Source: Bdellovibrionota bacterium (GTDB taxonomy: Bacteria; Bdellovibrionota_C; UBA2361; OMII01). Taken from it: a stretch of DNA of 64,000 nt. Shown piece by piece: positions 9,241 through 18,718 of this stretch (positions are counted from its first letter, which is position 1; every line of letters starts with the position of its first letter). Under the pieces are notes generated by a model, which ran no database searches, was not told the origin of the DNA, and saw nothing but the letters and a program-made list of their open reading frames with translations. The DNA lies in NCBI GenBank assembly GCA_044345405.1, contig JBIJBE010000005.1, forward strand, positions 1 through 64,000, written 5' to 3'. Position numbers and translations under genes: made by a program.

Positions 9241-11217
9241 ATGAGTAACTGGACGATTGCTAACAGCTCTGAGCTGTACCGTATCGATGGATGGGGCGCC
9301 GGGTTCTTCAAAGCCAACGAAAAGGGCACCGTCTCGGTATTCCCCGATGGTGACGGGAGGTCGGTCGATCTCTGTAACATCGTCGAGGACCTCGTTCGCC
9401 GGGGTGTAAAGCCCCCTCACCTCATCCGATTCGACGGCATAATCCGTCAGCGCGCGCGAACCATCTACGACTCATTCGATAAGGCGATCGCTGAATTCAA
9501 TTACCAAGGCAACTACACCCTCACCTATCCAGTGAAGGTGAACCAACAACGAGGAGTTGTTGAGAGCGTTCAAAAAGCCGCCAATGGGCGAGGTATCGGC
9601 CTTGAGGTCGGCAGCAAGCCGGAGCTCCTCGCGGTACTCTCGATGCACAACACACCGCACGGACTCCTTCTCTGCAACGGCTACAAGGATTACCAGTTCA
9701 TCGAGCTCGCGCTTATGTCGAGCCAACTCGGACTTCGCCCAATCGTAACGGTTGAGCAGTTCTATGAGCTCGACACGATCCTCCGAGCGAGTGACGCGAC
9801 AGGTGTGAAGCCGGAGATCGGTCTTCGCATGAACCCATCCACACGAGGCGCTGGACGATGGGCAGGCTCGGCTGGAGAGAACGCTAAGTTCGGACTCGCC
9901 CTCTATGAGATCATTGAGGCGGTTAAGCAGCTCAAGGCTCGCGGAATGGAGGATTGTGTTAAGCTCCTGCACTTCCACATCGGAAGCCAGATCACCTCGA
10001 TCAACGCGATCAAGAAGGTCATGCAGGAAGCGTCGCGAGTGTTCACTGAGCTCCGCAAGATGTGCCCTGGGCTTGAGTTCCTCGATGTCGGCGGCGGTCT
10101 CGGCGTTGACTACGATGGAAGCTGCACCAACTTCGAATCATCGATGAACTACACCACGGAGCAATACGCTCGAGATGTGGTGTGGGAGATTGCGCGGGCG
10201 TGCGACGCGGAGGGCCTTCCGCATCCAAACATTATCAGCGAATCAGGCCGAGCTCTTGTGGCTCACCACGCCGTTCTCGTAACCGAGGTGATGGATGTCG
10301 CGGTCGTTCCAGTGCCACCCGAGTCCCTTGAGGCGGATGCCTCTCGGGATGAGAAGGTTCAAGATCTCATCACCCTGTATAACGAACTCACACTCAAGAA
10401 CTGCCACGAGACGTTCAGCGACGCGCTGTCACTTCGAGATGAGTTCCTGCAACGGTTCGTGCAAGGAAACATCTCCCTTGAGGACCGCGCGTTCGCGGAG
10501 AGCGCGCTTCGAAATCTCTTTACCCGCATCAACGCGCTCAAGAGCTCGATGAAGCACGTCCCAGAGGACTTCGAGCAACTTGAGGGAATGCTGAAAGACA
10601 CCTACTTTTGCAACTTCTCGGTGTTCCAATCGTTACTCGATCATTGGGCGATTGAGCAGCTCTTCCCGATCATGCCGATCCACCGCCTCGCGAGCCAACC
10701 ATCTCGCAAAGCGATCATCGCCGACCTCACGTGCGACAGCGACGGCAAGATCGATAAATTCATCGATCTTCGAGGAGTTCAACGATACATCGATCTCCAC
10801 CCGTACAACGGTGAGAACCCGTACTATATCGGCGTATTCCTGATCGGCGCGTACCAAGAGTGTCTTGGAAACCTTCACAACCTCTTCGGCGATACCAACG
10901 CGGTACACGTTGAGCTCGACGAGGAAGGTATTCCGAAGATCACGAGCATCATCGAGGGAGATACCATTAAGGAGGTACTAAACTACGTGCAGTACACCGG
11001 AGAGGATCTCATGTCTGGGATAAATAGCTCTATCGATAGAGCGGTTCGCAACGGCTACATGAGCGCCGAGGAATCCGCGAAATTCATGCAGCGATATAAA
11101 GAGAGTCTCGGCGGATATACCTACCTCTTGTGGGAGAACACGCCGAATAACGTTTCCACCGCTCCTGCTCCGAAGACGCAGCCTCTCGATCCGATGCGCG
11201 CCGCCAACGCGGGATAA
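9241..11217 (+). CDS. speA: Biosynthetic arginine decarboxylase
   Basis: YPVKVNQ (PLP lysine), GLEVGSKPEL, LHFHIGSQI, DVGGGLGVDYDGS, ESGRA, DLTCDSDGKID, HNLFGD; AAGGAG ribosome-binding site. Confidence 0.97.
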   Translation: MSNWTIANSSELYRIDGWGAGFFKANEKGTVSVFPDGDGRSVDLCNIVEDLVRRGVKPPHLIRFDGIIRQRARTIYDSFDKAIAEFNYQGNYTLTYPVKVNQQRGVVESVQKAANGRGIGLEVGSKPELLAVLSMHNTPHGLLLCNGYKDYQFIELALMSSQLGLRPIVTVEQFYELDTILRASDATGVKPEIGLRMNPSTRGAGRWAGSAGENAKFGLALYEIIEAVKQLKARGMEDCVKLLHFHIGSQITSINAIKKVMQEASRVFTELRKMCPGLEFLDVGGGLGVDYDGSCTNFESSMNYTTEQYARDVVWEIARACDAEGLPHPNIISESGRALVAHHAVLVTEVMDVAVVPVPPESLEADASRDEKVQDLITLYNELTLKNCHETFSDALSLRDEFLQRFVQGNISLEDRAFAESALRNLFTRINALKSSMKHVPEDFEQLEGMLKDTYFCNFSVFQSLLDHWAIEQLFPIMPIHRLASQPSRKAIIADLTCDSDGKIDKFIDLRGVQRYIDLHPYNGENPYYIGVFLIGAYQECLGNLHNLFGDTNAVHVELDEEGIPKITSIIEGDTIKEVLNYVQYTGEDLMSGINSSIDRAVRNGYMSAEESAKFMQRYKESLGGYTYLLWENTPNNVSTAPAPKTQPLDPMRAANAG

Positions 11218-11235
11218 GGTCTTTACGACCCACTC

Positions 11236-11295
11236 GAGGGGGGCTCCGAACACCACGGCGTAGTGAGCCGAAGGTGCTCGGGCCCCCCTCTTTTT
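11236..11295 (+). terminator. long-stem intrinsic terminator after speA
   Basis: GAGGGGGGCTCCGAACACC...GGTGCTCGGGCCCCCCTC followed by TTTTT. Confidence 0.7.
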
Positions 11296-11481
11296 CTTCC
11301 CTTCGGCCCTTTCAACTACGCAAAAATTATCAGGATTGGCGTCTCATTGACCCACGTGAAAGGTATATCGAAGGTCTGACGCGAACGGGTCGGCCCAGCG
11401 CTCCCTGAGAAACCCCGCCATTCCAGACACATAAAAACCATGTCCATAAAGGCCTCCAGCACTCGCCCATATATCGTTTAG

Positions 11482-11497
11482 TGGCACAGTCCTTGAT
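11482..11497 (+). promoter_or_regulatory. putative sigma-54 promoter
   Basis: TGGCAC-AGTCC-TTGAT versus consensus TGGCAC-N5-TTGCW, about 90 bp upstream of the J-domain gene. Confidence 0.45.
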
Positions 11498-11587
11498 TGT
11501 TTGAAAATCGGACCTCTTCTACAAGAAAGTCCGAACATAAGGTCCCTCGACTAGCTAGGATAAAGAGGTGACAGGAAGGTTTTAGGT

Positions 11588-12220
11588 ATGACGAGCCACG
11601 GCTCTTTAGAACAGGCGCTAGCCGAGTTTGCCACGATTATTATTCCCCTTGGGCAGGATTTAGGTGGCCCCACACCGGCGGCCGCCGCTGTTGCCTTAAC
11701 TACCCCTGTCAGATCATTCCTGAGTGTCTTTGTACTCAATTTTATTCTCTTCACCGTTGCGCGTCTGGCGATCCGCCTTACGCTGAGCGCAATACACTCC
11801 GTCGTCACCTCCGTCTCGCTCACGACAAACGGATTCCAACGGTGGGCGACGCGTCGCCTCTGGCGCCTCTATCGCCAGGTTACGCGGCCGAAACGGCGCG
11901 CTCAGCCTCACTCGACAAAGGCTCGAGAGCACGAGTCTACCTCAAACTTTGAATCGTGGGATGATTTCGCGCGACGCCATAGGATCGGCGAGAAGCAACA
12001 AAAGAGACCCGACCTCGAGCAAGCGTTCTCAGTCCTCGGAGTTACTCCCCTCGCAACACCCCCAGAGATACGGAGAGCGTACCGGCGGCTGATGAAAAGA
12101 TACCATCCAGATTACTCGATGCAGGCGCCGCCATCAGAGCGTGAGCACCTGAAAAACGCGACGATACGGATCCGGCAAGCGTACGAGACCCTTACAGAGC
12201 GAGTTTGTCGGGCACCATAG
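11588..12220 (+). CDS. Membrane-anchored DnaJ (J-domain) protein
   Basis: N-terminal hydrophobic segment; C-terminal AFSVLGV...EIRRAYRRLMKRYHPD...IRQAYETL (HPD motif). Confidence 0.85.
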   Translation: MTSHGSLEQALAEFATIIIPLGQDLGGPTPAAAAVALTTPVRSFLSVFVLNFILFTVARLAIRLTLSAIHSVVTSVSLTTNGFQRWATRRLWRLYRQVTRPKRRAQPHSTKAREHESTSNFESWDDFARRHRIGEKQQKRPDLEQAFSVLGVTPLATPPEIRRAYRRLMKRYHPDYSMQAPPSEREHLKNATIRIRQAYETLTERVCRAP

Positions 12221-13433
12221 AGCAGTCCTCGCGACGCTCTCGCCACGCGACGAGCTCCTTAGCCCCGTGCCAGAAGAATGGCTCTTTAATCGCGTAGGCG
12301 ACGTCAGCGATAGTATTCGCAAGGACGATCGACCAGAACTGGGACGCGCCGGCAACGAAGATCCCTCCCGTGGCGGCGCCAATCAACGGCATCACCCACA
12401 AGTCTGAGGGAAGATGCGCGAGGAAATCATATTGAATGACCTTACATTTACGACGAAGCCCCTCGGGAAGCACTCGCCCGTTCGCGAACCAGTCAGTCCT
12501 CTCCTTCCACAACATGCCGGCATAGTAGGCGATCAGGTAGGTACCGTACCCCACAACGCTTGAAAGCAACGAGAGGGCTGAGATAAAGCCGGCGTCACTT
12601 TTGGCGAAGTCGAACTCCCGCAACGCCGGCGAGACCATCGCCATGATCGCTGTGGTAGCAAGGGTGCTCGGGAACCCAGCGAGAATACAGATAGGGATCG
12701 CCATCCACTCCTTACGCAACGACTCCTTGAGGAAGTTGAGAATCACGCGACTCAGTGGAAAAAGGTTCGCGTGAGATTTCCTCAACTCGCCGGGACTATC
12801 ATCATTTTCTATCGCAAACCTGTCACTCAACGACTTTGATCCGCCGCGCGCCTGAGAAGCCCTCACCTTCTCCTGCAGGAAGGGCTGAAAGTGCTGCAAC
12901 AAACGCTCCTGCACATCTCGCAAACGCCAATCCTGCCCCGTGATCGTCCCGCGACAGTTGGGGGATCCGCACCGACACTCCATCTGAAAGGCATCAACAT
13001 CCGAAGCGACACAGGTAGCGTACTCAAGGGTGATCGGTTCGCCCCGAGAGATATCGCGAAGCGCGACCAATTCGATAGCGCCGCGAAAACCAACATTCGG
13101 GGAGCAGGAATGATTTATACGCTCCCCTACTCCGATGTCGTCACCATCTCGAGGACCAAGAAAGAGATCGTCCGAGACCTGAAAAGGGTAATGCTGAAGT
13201 TCCTCCGGGAGCTCCTCGAATTCCGCCTCGGTAATCACGACCCCCCCGAACATCACGAGCAGGGTTCCTCTGGGAATATCGGCCAACGCAACGGTCCCGA
13301 AACCACAGTCGGATGTCTGCACCACTCCAAGCGAAGGATGTACCCAGTTCGAACCGCGCGAACTGTTCACTCCCACGTTCGGACCGGAATCGAACTGCGA
13401 CTGACTTTGTGTGTCGGCGGCTACCGTAGACAT
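12192..13433 (-). CDS. SET + post-SET domain protein fused to a C-terminal multi-TM domain
   Basis: GFGTVALADIPRG, RINHSCSPN, ALRDISRGEPITLEY, post-SET CRCGSPNCRG, then several hydrophobic helices. Confidence 0.85.
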   Translation of the reverse strand: MSTVAADTQSQSQFDSGPNVGVNSSRGSNWVHPSLGVVQTSDCGFGTVALADIPRGTLLVMFGGVVITEAEFEELPEELQHYPFQVSDDLFLGPRDGDDIGVGERINHSCSPNVGFRGAIELVALRDISRGEPITLEYATCVASDVDAFQMECRCGSPNCRGTITGQDWRLRDVQERLLQHFQPFLQEKVRASQARGGSKSLSDRFAIENDDSPGELRKSHANLFPLSRVILNFLKESLRKEWMAIPICILAGFPSTLATTAIMAMVSPALREFDFAKSDAGFISALSLLSSVVGYGTYLIAYYAGMLWKERTDWFANGRVLPEGLRRKCKVIQYDFLAHLPSDLWVMPLIGAATGGIFVAGASQFWSIVLANTIADVAYAIKEPFFWHGAKELVAWRERREDCSMVPDKLAL

Positions 13434-13794
13434 GTGACCTCTCGCTCGTTGGAAACTCCCTGGATGCGTCCGCCGAAGGATACGTCAATTCATGTCGGCA
13501 TCCAAGGCGAGTAATCCAAAACACGTTCTACGTGAGCAAGGGGTTAACGACCTAAAATTATTTACTATTAAAAATGAGGGCCCACGTGTGAGGGCCTTAG
13601 AAGGATCCGAGCGGATGTTATTTCATGAAATCAGTCGAAACGTCCCCGCGCCACGGCCATGCTGGGCGACACGTTTGATGAAGCTCTCAAGACAATATCT
13701 CAATACCATTCACGTATCTCATGAACCGTAAGTACGGACAGTCTGCCTGGCGATCGCATTGCGACACTACACGCGAAAAATTTTGAAAGGAACT

Positions 13795-14229
13795 CTAGCC
13801 TATGGCGCTCGCGCGACGGCGTAAGACGTCCACTATCTTTCGCTTGAAAAACTGAAAGCCAATAGGCTTTACAAGGTAATCGTCAGCGCCAAGCTCAAAC
13901 GCGGCGTCGATGACATTTCGATCATCACACGAGCTGACAACGATAAAGGGGATATCCACCAGGTAGGCGTAATTGCGCAGCTGATAGAGCAGATCAAGTC
14001 CAGACATGTGACGCATCGCGTTGTCACATATAATTAACTGAGCGCGATGACATTTGAGCGTCTCCAAAGCCTCTTCTCCATCCCCAGCTTCGACGATGTC
14101 CTCAAAACCCATCTCCACCAGCATATCTCGCAGCATCGCTCGAGTAGCCGCGACATCATCAACTATGAGCACCTGAGGTTCATCGAAAGAATCCAGATTC
14201 ATACGTTTCCTCCTATCGAGTCTCAGCAA
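13795..14229 (-). CDS. Single-domain response regulator (CheY-like)
   Basis: VLIVDD, IICDNAM, GADDYLVKP. Confidence 0.88.
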   Translation of the reverse strand: MLRLDRRKRMNLDSFDEPQVLIVDDVAATRAMLRDMLVEMGFEDIVEAGDGEEALETLKCHRAQLIICDNAMRHMSGLDLLYQLRNYAYLVDIPFIVVSSCDDRNVIDAAFELGADDYLVKPIGFQFFKRKIVDVLRRRASAIG

Positions 14230-14246
14230 TATACCTCTGACACGAG

Positions 14247-14274
14247 AGCTCGGCTTTCATCATCGAGACCTTTA
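14247..14274 (-). promoter_or_regulatory. possible sigma-28 (FliA) promoter
   Basis: Minus strand TAAA-N16-GCCGAGCT, just upstream of the receiver gene. Confidence 0.3.
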
Positions 14275-14329
14275 AACCTTTCAAAGAACCACATGCGTGC
14301 AAGCGATAGTCGTCCTGTCTAAGAGGCGG

Positions 14330-14746
14330 CTAGACTCCATACGCTTGTTGCGTTCCATGCAGCGCCCGTTCGATCTTCGAACGGAGCTTTCTAAAATTTA
14401 CCGGTTTCACTAAGTAATCGGTGGCTCCAAATGTCAGAGCGCTCTCAACGCTCTGAACGTCACCAAGAGCGCTTACGAATATAATCGGAGGAATGTGCTC
14501 TACGTTTCGTGCCCGTAGAGCCTTGAGAAAATCGAGCCCGTCCATCCCCGCCATCATGAAGTCGCATAACACAAGCTGCACGGGAGCGCGTTCCATCATA
14601 TGGAGAGCTTCCTCTCCATCGCGAGCTTGCAAGCATTTTTTAAAACCTAACTCTTTGACCATATCGGCGAGTATCATGCGGGCCGATAAGAGATCATCGA
14701 TGATAAGAACCGGTGCATCAGCGAGTACTTTCATTGTTTCGTTCAT
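14330..14746 (-). CDS. Single-domain response regulator (CheY-like)
   Basis: VLIIDD, VLCDFMMAGMDG, GATDYLVKP; GGAG ribosome-binding site. Confidence 0.9.
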   Translation of the reverse strand: MNETMKVLADAPVLIIDDLLSARMILADMVKELGFKKCLQARDGEEALHMMERAPVQLVLCDFMMAGMDGLDFLKALRARNVEHIPPIIFVSALGDVQSVESALTFGATDYLVKPVNFRKLRSKIERALHGTQQAYGV

Positions 14747-14859
14747 AGGCGCTACTCCGTTAGCCTCTTGCCGTTCGTGACCTTACTCCCCAAGCGCTAC
14801 CCTCACCTGGCGGGATTCATAAACGATCCTTGATGGGAGCATCCTACCCCTCGTATATA

Positions 14860-14886
14860 CTGTCGGCTCTTTAACCAACCAACTTA
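14860..14886 (-). promoter_or_regulatory. possible sigma-28 (FliA) promoter
   Basis: Minus strand TAAG-N15-GCCGACAG versus consensus TAAA-N15-GCCGATAA. Confidence 0.35.
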
Positions 14887-15436
14887 AGCGGCGCCTGATG
14901 TGACGTGGCGTCCACTTTTTTTTCCACTTTGAGTTGAAATCGAGCCCCGCCCTACCGCCCAACAAAACGGGGTTTGCCCGAAATTTCGCAAATCAACCCA
15001 GATACAGTCACGCCCCACCATCCAATCTCCTGCTATGCCTCGGTAATTTACCGAAACTGTTAGGAAAAGAGTGGTCACCGCCTCAGCCCCAAACAGGAAT
15101 TAGGCTTTGTTTGAGCTCCGCGAACTCAGGGAAAAACCTGGTAGCCCACGTACGGAGAGTGCGGCGTAGGACAACAAGGTCTAAACAGCTTCAGAGCACC
15201 GGAGCAGACAAACAATTGTGAGTGAAAAGAGCTTATTAACACAATCACCCCCTGACCTCCGCCTCAAGACGAAGACCCCGTGAGCAAGGGACCGCCAGCG
15301 ACTCGGTCTCTTCTTGAGCCCCTCAGCTCGAACACCATGATGAATCGTCAAAATAACGGAGTTCATCTTTCCCTTAGACCCTCTCGCCCCAACTCGTGGC
15401 GAGAGCTCATGCTACGACAGGGTCAACGACCACCGA

Positions 15437-18400
15437 GTGAAGAAGGATATGCGACTTCAAACCAAGACCTCCTTGATCGTAGGCTCAATATTCGCGGCCT
15501 CGTGTCTTCTTGTTGTAGGACTCTTTCACCAGGTCATTCTTCGAGAGTTCAAGCTCATTGAGGCTCGCCAGTCTCAACGGAACATGGCGAGAATTGAGGA
15601 AGCTTTTCAGCAATCGATTCGTAGTCTGATCGATCATTCGAAAGACTGGGGGTGGTGGGAGGAGGTATACGAATTCGTCGAGCGGCCCTCCCGCCGATTT
15701 ATAGACGACAACCTCTCCTATCAGACGATCGCTCCTCTTGGCTTTCGGCACATCGGATTCCTTAACGCTCGATTGGAGCTCGCCTACGGGATGGAGGCCA
15801 ACACCGAGACCGAATCGGTCGAGCAGCTCTCTCAGGTAGCGAAACAGATCCTCGTTGATACCAAGATCTTCAAAGGAGTGCTCTCAAACGAAACGCGGGA
15901 CGTTGGCGTATTCGCCACCATCGGCGGAAAAAACTTTATTGTGGCCGCCTCTCCGATCAAGCGCGACGCCCCTGAAAAAGCCAACGGCGTCATATTTATT
16001 ACTCGTGAGGTAGACGCCTCTCTCCTTGAGAAGATCAAGCAGATGACTAAGGTCGATTTCAAAGTAATGAAAGGTAGCGCCGACACCAATCCGAGCGGGG
16101 TAGGAGTAGCTCTTGTGACCGGAGATGACGCGTTCTCCCGCGTAGCGTTTCAAGAGAAGCCGGATATTCTGGTTGGATTTTCGACTATTAAGGATCTAGC
16201 CGGACACCCATTCTTATCGATTGAGGCCTCGCTCCCTCGCGACGTTTACCGAAATGGTGTCGCGACTGAGCGATTTCTCGGGGGTATGTTCTTAGCCATC
16301 TTCGCAGCTTCAGGCGCCGCGATCATCTTTCTCATACGCACGTTTGTGGTGGCTCCAGTACAGCAACTCGGATCAACCCTGCGGGCCATCACGGTAGCGT
16401 CAGACTTCAGCGGCCGGGTGGCCGTAACAAGCGGCGACGAGATCGGCACACTGGGATCGCAAATCAACGAGACGCTGGGCTCGCTACAACAGGCGCTTGT
16501 TGTCGCTGAGGAGGCCCAACACGATGCCGAGAGCGCGAATCGAAGTAAATCATCATTTATCGCGAAGGTCAGTCACGAATTGCGAACTCCGATCCACAGC
16601 ATCACAGGAATGCTGCGAATTCTTTTAAAAGAGGAGCGGTCAAGCGCCAAACGAAACTACATCATGATGGCGCGCAATTCCGCGTACGGACTTCTTGAGA
16701 CAATTAACGAGATCCTTGACTTCTCCAAGGCCGAGGCGCATGCACTTTCCTTGGAGCGAATTGAGTTTCACCCTCATGAGGTGATTCGAGAAGCTGTTCA
16801 AACGGTCGGTCCTCGAGTCGAGGAGAAGGGCTCCCTTGAGACTATCGTCGAAGTGGCTCAGGGGATTCCCGACAAGCTTTACGGAGACCCTCTTAGACTT
16901 CGGCAGGTCTTGGTGAATCTCTTGGGGAACGCCACCAAATTCACCAAAGAGGGGCATATCGGATTACGCGTCGAGATCTCGCGCCATGATTCGGATGGGA
17001 TAGTTCTTGAATTGGCGGTGTTCGACACTGGAGTTGGCATTCCAGAGGACCGCATAGAGGGAATTTTCGAGCCGTTTAGACAAGCCGACGAGTCCGTATC
17101 TCGATTGTTTACGGGCACCGGATTGGGACTCACAATCGTGAAGCAGTTCGTCGAAGCGATGGGCGGCTCCGTGAGAGTTGAAAGCACTCTCGCGGTAGGG
17201 TCTCGATTTATTCTGTCTATCCCTTTCGAGGTATGCAGCGACGCCAAGCCGATCACCCACAACCCGTCTTTCTCATCACCTCGAATCGCTGTCGTTGACG
17301 GAGATACCGAGCTCGCTCGAAGGTTCAATGACACCCTTCGACTGATCGGATACCAGTCAGAGACAGTTCGGTGCGACGATCCGGAAGCGGTGGAACATTT
17401 CGTTGATTCGGTAGATACCTACGGACTCATTATCGTGACGAGCGAAGCGTTGAAACGCTCGCGAGTGTTTGACCTGATCGTGAGCTTACGTGGGACATGC
17501 GCCATCCCAGTCGTATCAATACTCTCACCATTTGAGATCTCAGTACGAGAGCGCCTCCTCGCCTTGGAGATACCATACGTAGTAACTCGACCGATATCTC
17601 TTCTCGATATCCTTGGTGTAGCTGGGGGGCAACTCTCCCTCAACCATGAAAGATGGGAGGACGCCGAGGATAGCTCCCTTCAAGCTGAGCGCCCTCTTGA
17701 AATTCTGGTCGCTGACGACGCTCCAACGAATCGAATTATCCTTACCGAGCTCCTTCGAGACGCGGGGCACCATGTGGTATGCGTTGAAAACGGCCTGGAG
17801 ATGGTCGAGCGAGTTCGAGAGTCTCTTGCTGAAAGCCCTTCCACCCGAAAGTTCGACATCGTGTTAACAGACGTGCAGATGCCGTTGCTTGACGGCCTCT
17901 CCGCGACGACCCAGATCCGCGCTCTAGAGAGGGAATACAAAGCCTCAGCCAGGTTGCCGGTTGTCGCGGTCACGGCGCACGCGATGACCGACGAAACAAG
18001 TCGCATGCGTGATTTTGGAGTCGACGATGTCGTGACCAAACCGCTTGATCCTATCAAGTTGGGGGAGGTCCTCCAACGCTTGACTGGCCTGAAAAGCGTC
18101 TCAGGTGACACAACAACCCACTCCCTACCTCTCGCCCCCCTTACCGCGACGGAGCTCTCCGAGCTCGGATTGCGATTATGGAAGCAGATCGCTACCAGGG
18201 ATTCCGATGTTGTGGATCTCTTTGGCTTATCAGACGAGCCGTATAGCCCAGAGGATTTTCAACGAGTTCTCGACATTCCAGATGTCATAGATCGGAGCGG
18301 AGACTCGGTTCGACGCTCACTTCTCATCTTTCAAGGATTTCTCGAGTGCTTTAGAGAGCAGCTTCTAAAACTGGGAGAGGCTAAGCAAACAGGGAGCTTC

Positions 18401-18676
18401 GATGAGATGCGTTTCGCGGCCCACGCGCTGAAAGGGCTTTTGCTCGACGTGGGAGCCCGGGTATCTAGTGGATTAGCGAGTTCGATAGAGCAAGATTGCA
18501 AGAACGGAAGTACCGCGTCAGCGATAAGCCTCGTTAGCCCGCTTACCGAACAAACACTCCTGGTATCGCGCCTCATTACCCAGATAACTCGCATCGCCCG
18601 CGGCGAACAAAGCCCGAAAGCTTCAGAGCCGCTTCTTAAGGTACCCAGCACATGCGATCAGATCGACTATGACTAG
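15437..18676 (+). CDS. CHASE4-HAMP hybrid sensor histidine kinase with degenerate REC, REC and HPt domains
   Basis: DWGWWEEVYEF (CHASE4), DEIGTL (HAMP), SHELRTP (HisKA), NLLGNATKFT/DTGVG/GTGLGL (HATPase), DIVLTDVQMPLLDG (REC), AHALKG (HPt). Confidence 0.92.
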   Translation: MKKDMRLQTKTSLIVGSIFAASCLLVVGLFHQVILREFKLIEARQSQRNMARIEEAFQQSIRSLIDHSKDWGWWEEVYEFVERPSRRFIDDNLSYQTIAPLGFRHIGFLNARLELAYGMEANTETESVEQLSQVAKQILVDTKIFKGVLSNETRDVGVFATIGGKNFIVAASPIKRDAPEKANGVIFITREVDASLLEKIKQMTKVDFKVMKGSADTNPSGVGVALVTGDDAFSRVAFQEKPDILVGFSTIKDLAGHPFLSIEASLPRDVYRNGVATERFLGGMFLAIFAASGAAIIFLIRTFVVAPVQQLGSTLRAITVASDFSGRVAVTSGDEIGTLGSQINETLGSLQQALVVAEEAQHDAESANRSKSSFIAKVSHELRTPIHSITGMLRILLKEERSSAKRNYIMMARNSAYGLLETINEILDFSKAEAHALSLERIEFHPHEVIREAVQTVGPRVEEKGSLETIVEVAQGIPDKLYGDPLRLRQVLVNLLGNATKFTKEGHIGLRVEISRHDSDGIVLELAVFDTGVGIPEDRIEGIFEPFRQADESVSRLFTGTGLGLTIVKQFVEAMGGSVRVESTLAVGSRFILSIPFEVCSDAKPITHNPSFSSPRIAVVDGDTELARRFNDTLRLIGYQSETVRCDDPEAVEHFVDSVDTYGLIIVTSEALKRSRVFDLIVSLRGTCAIPVVSILSPFEISVRERLLALEIPYVVTRPISLLDILGVAGGQLSLNHERWEDAEDSSLQAERPLEILVADDAPTNRIILTELLRDAGHHVVCVENGLEMVERVRESLAESPSTRKFDIVLTDVQMPLLDGLSATTQIRALEREYKASARLPVVAVTAHAMTDETSRMRDFGVDDVVTKPLDPIKLGEVLQRLTGLKSVSGDTTTHSLPLAPLTATELSELGLRLWKQIATRDSDVVDLFGLSDEPYSPEDFQRVLDIPDVIDRSGDSVRRSLLIFQGFLECFREQLLKLGEAKQTGSFDEMRFAAHALKGLLLDVGARVSSGLASSIEQDCKNGSTASAISLVSPLTEQTLLVSRLITQITRIARGEQSPKASEPLLKVPSTCDQIDYD

Positions 18677-18718
18677 CGACCCTACTCTCCACTGCATAGA
18701 CCGAGCGAAACACTCATC

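Noticed and set aside
12891-13514. 207-aa plus-strand ORF
   Set aside because: Antisense to the SET gene, which carries clear motifs.
15120-15190. c-di-GMP-I riboswitch-like hairpin CAGG-GAAAAA-CCTG…GGTCTAA
   Set aside because: Lacks the GGCAAA and GACGCAAAG conserved junctions, and the spacing is wrong.
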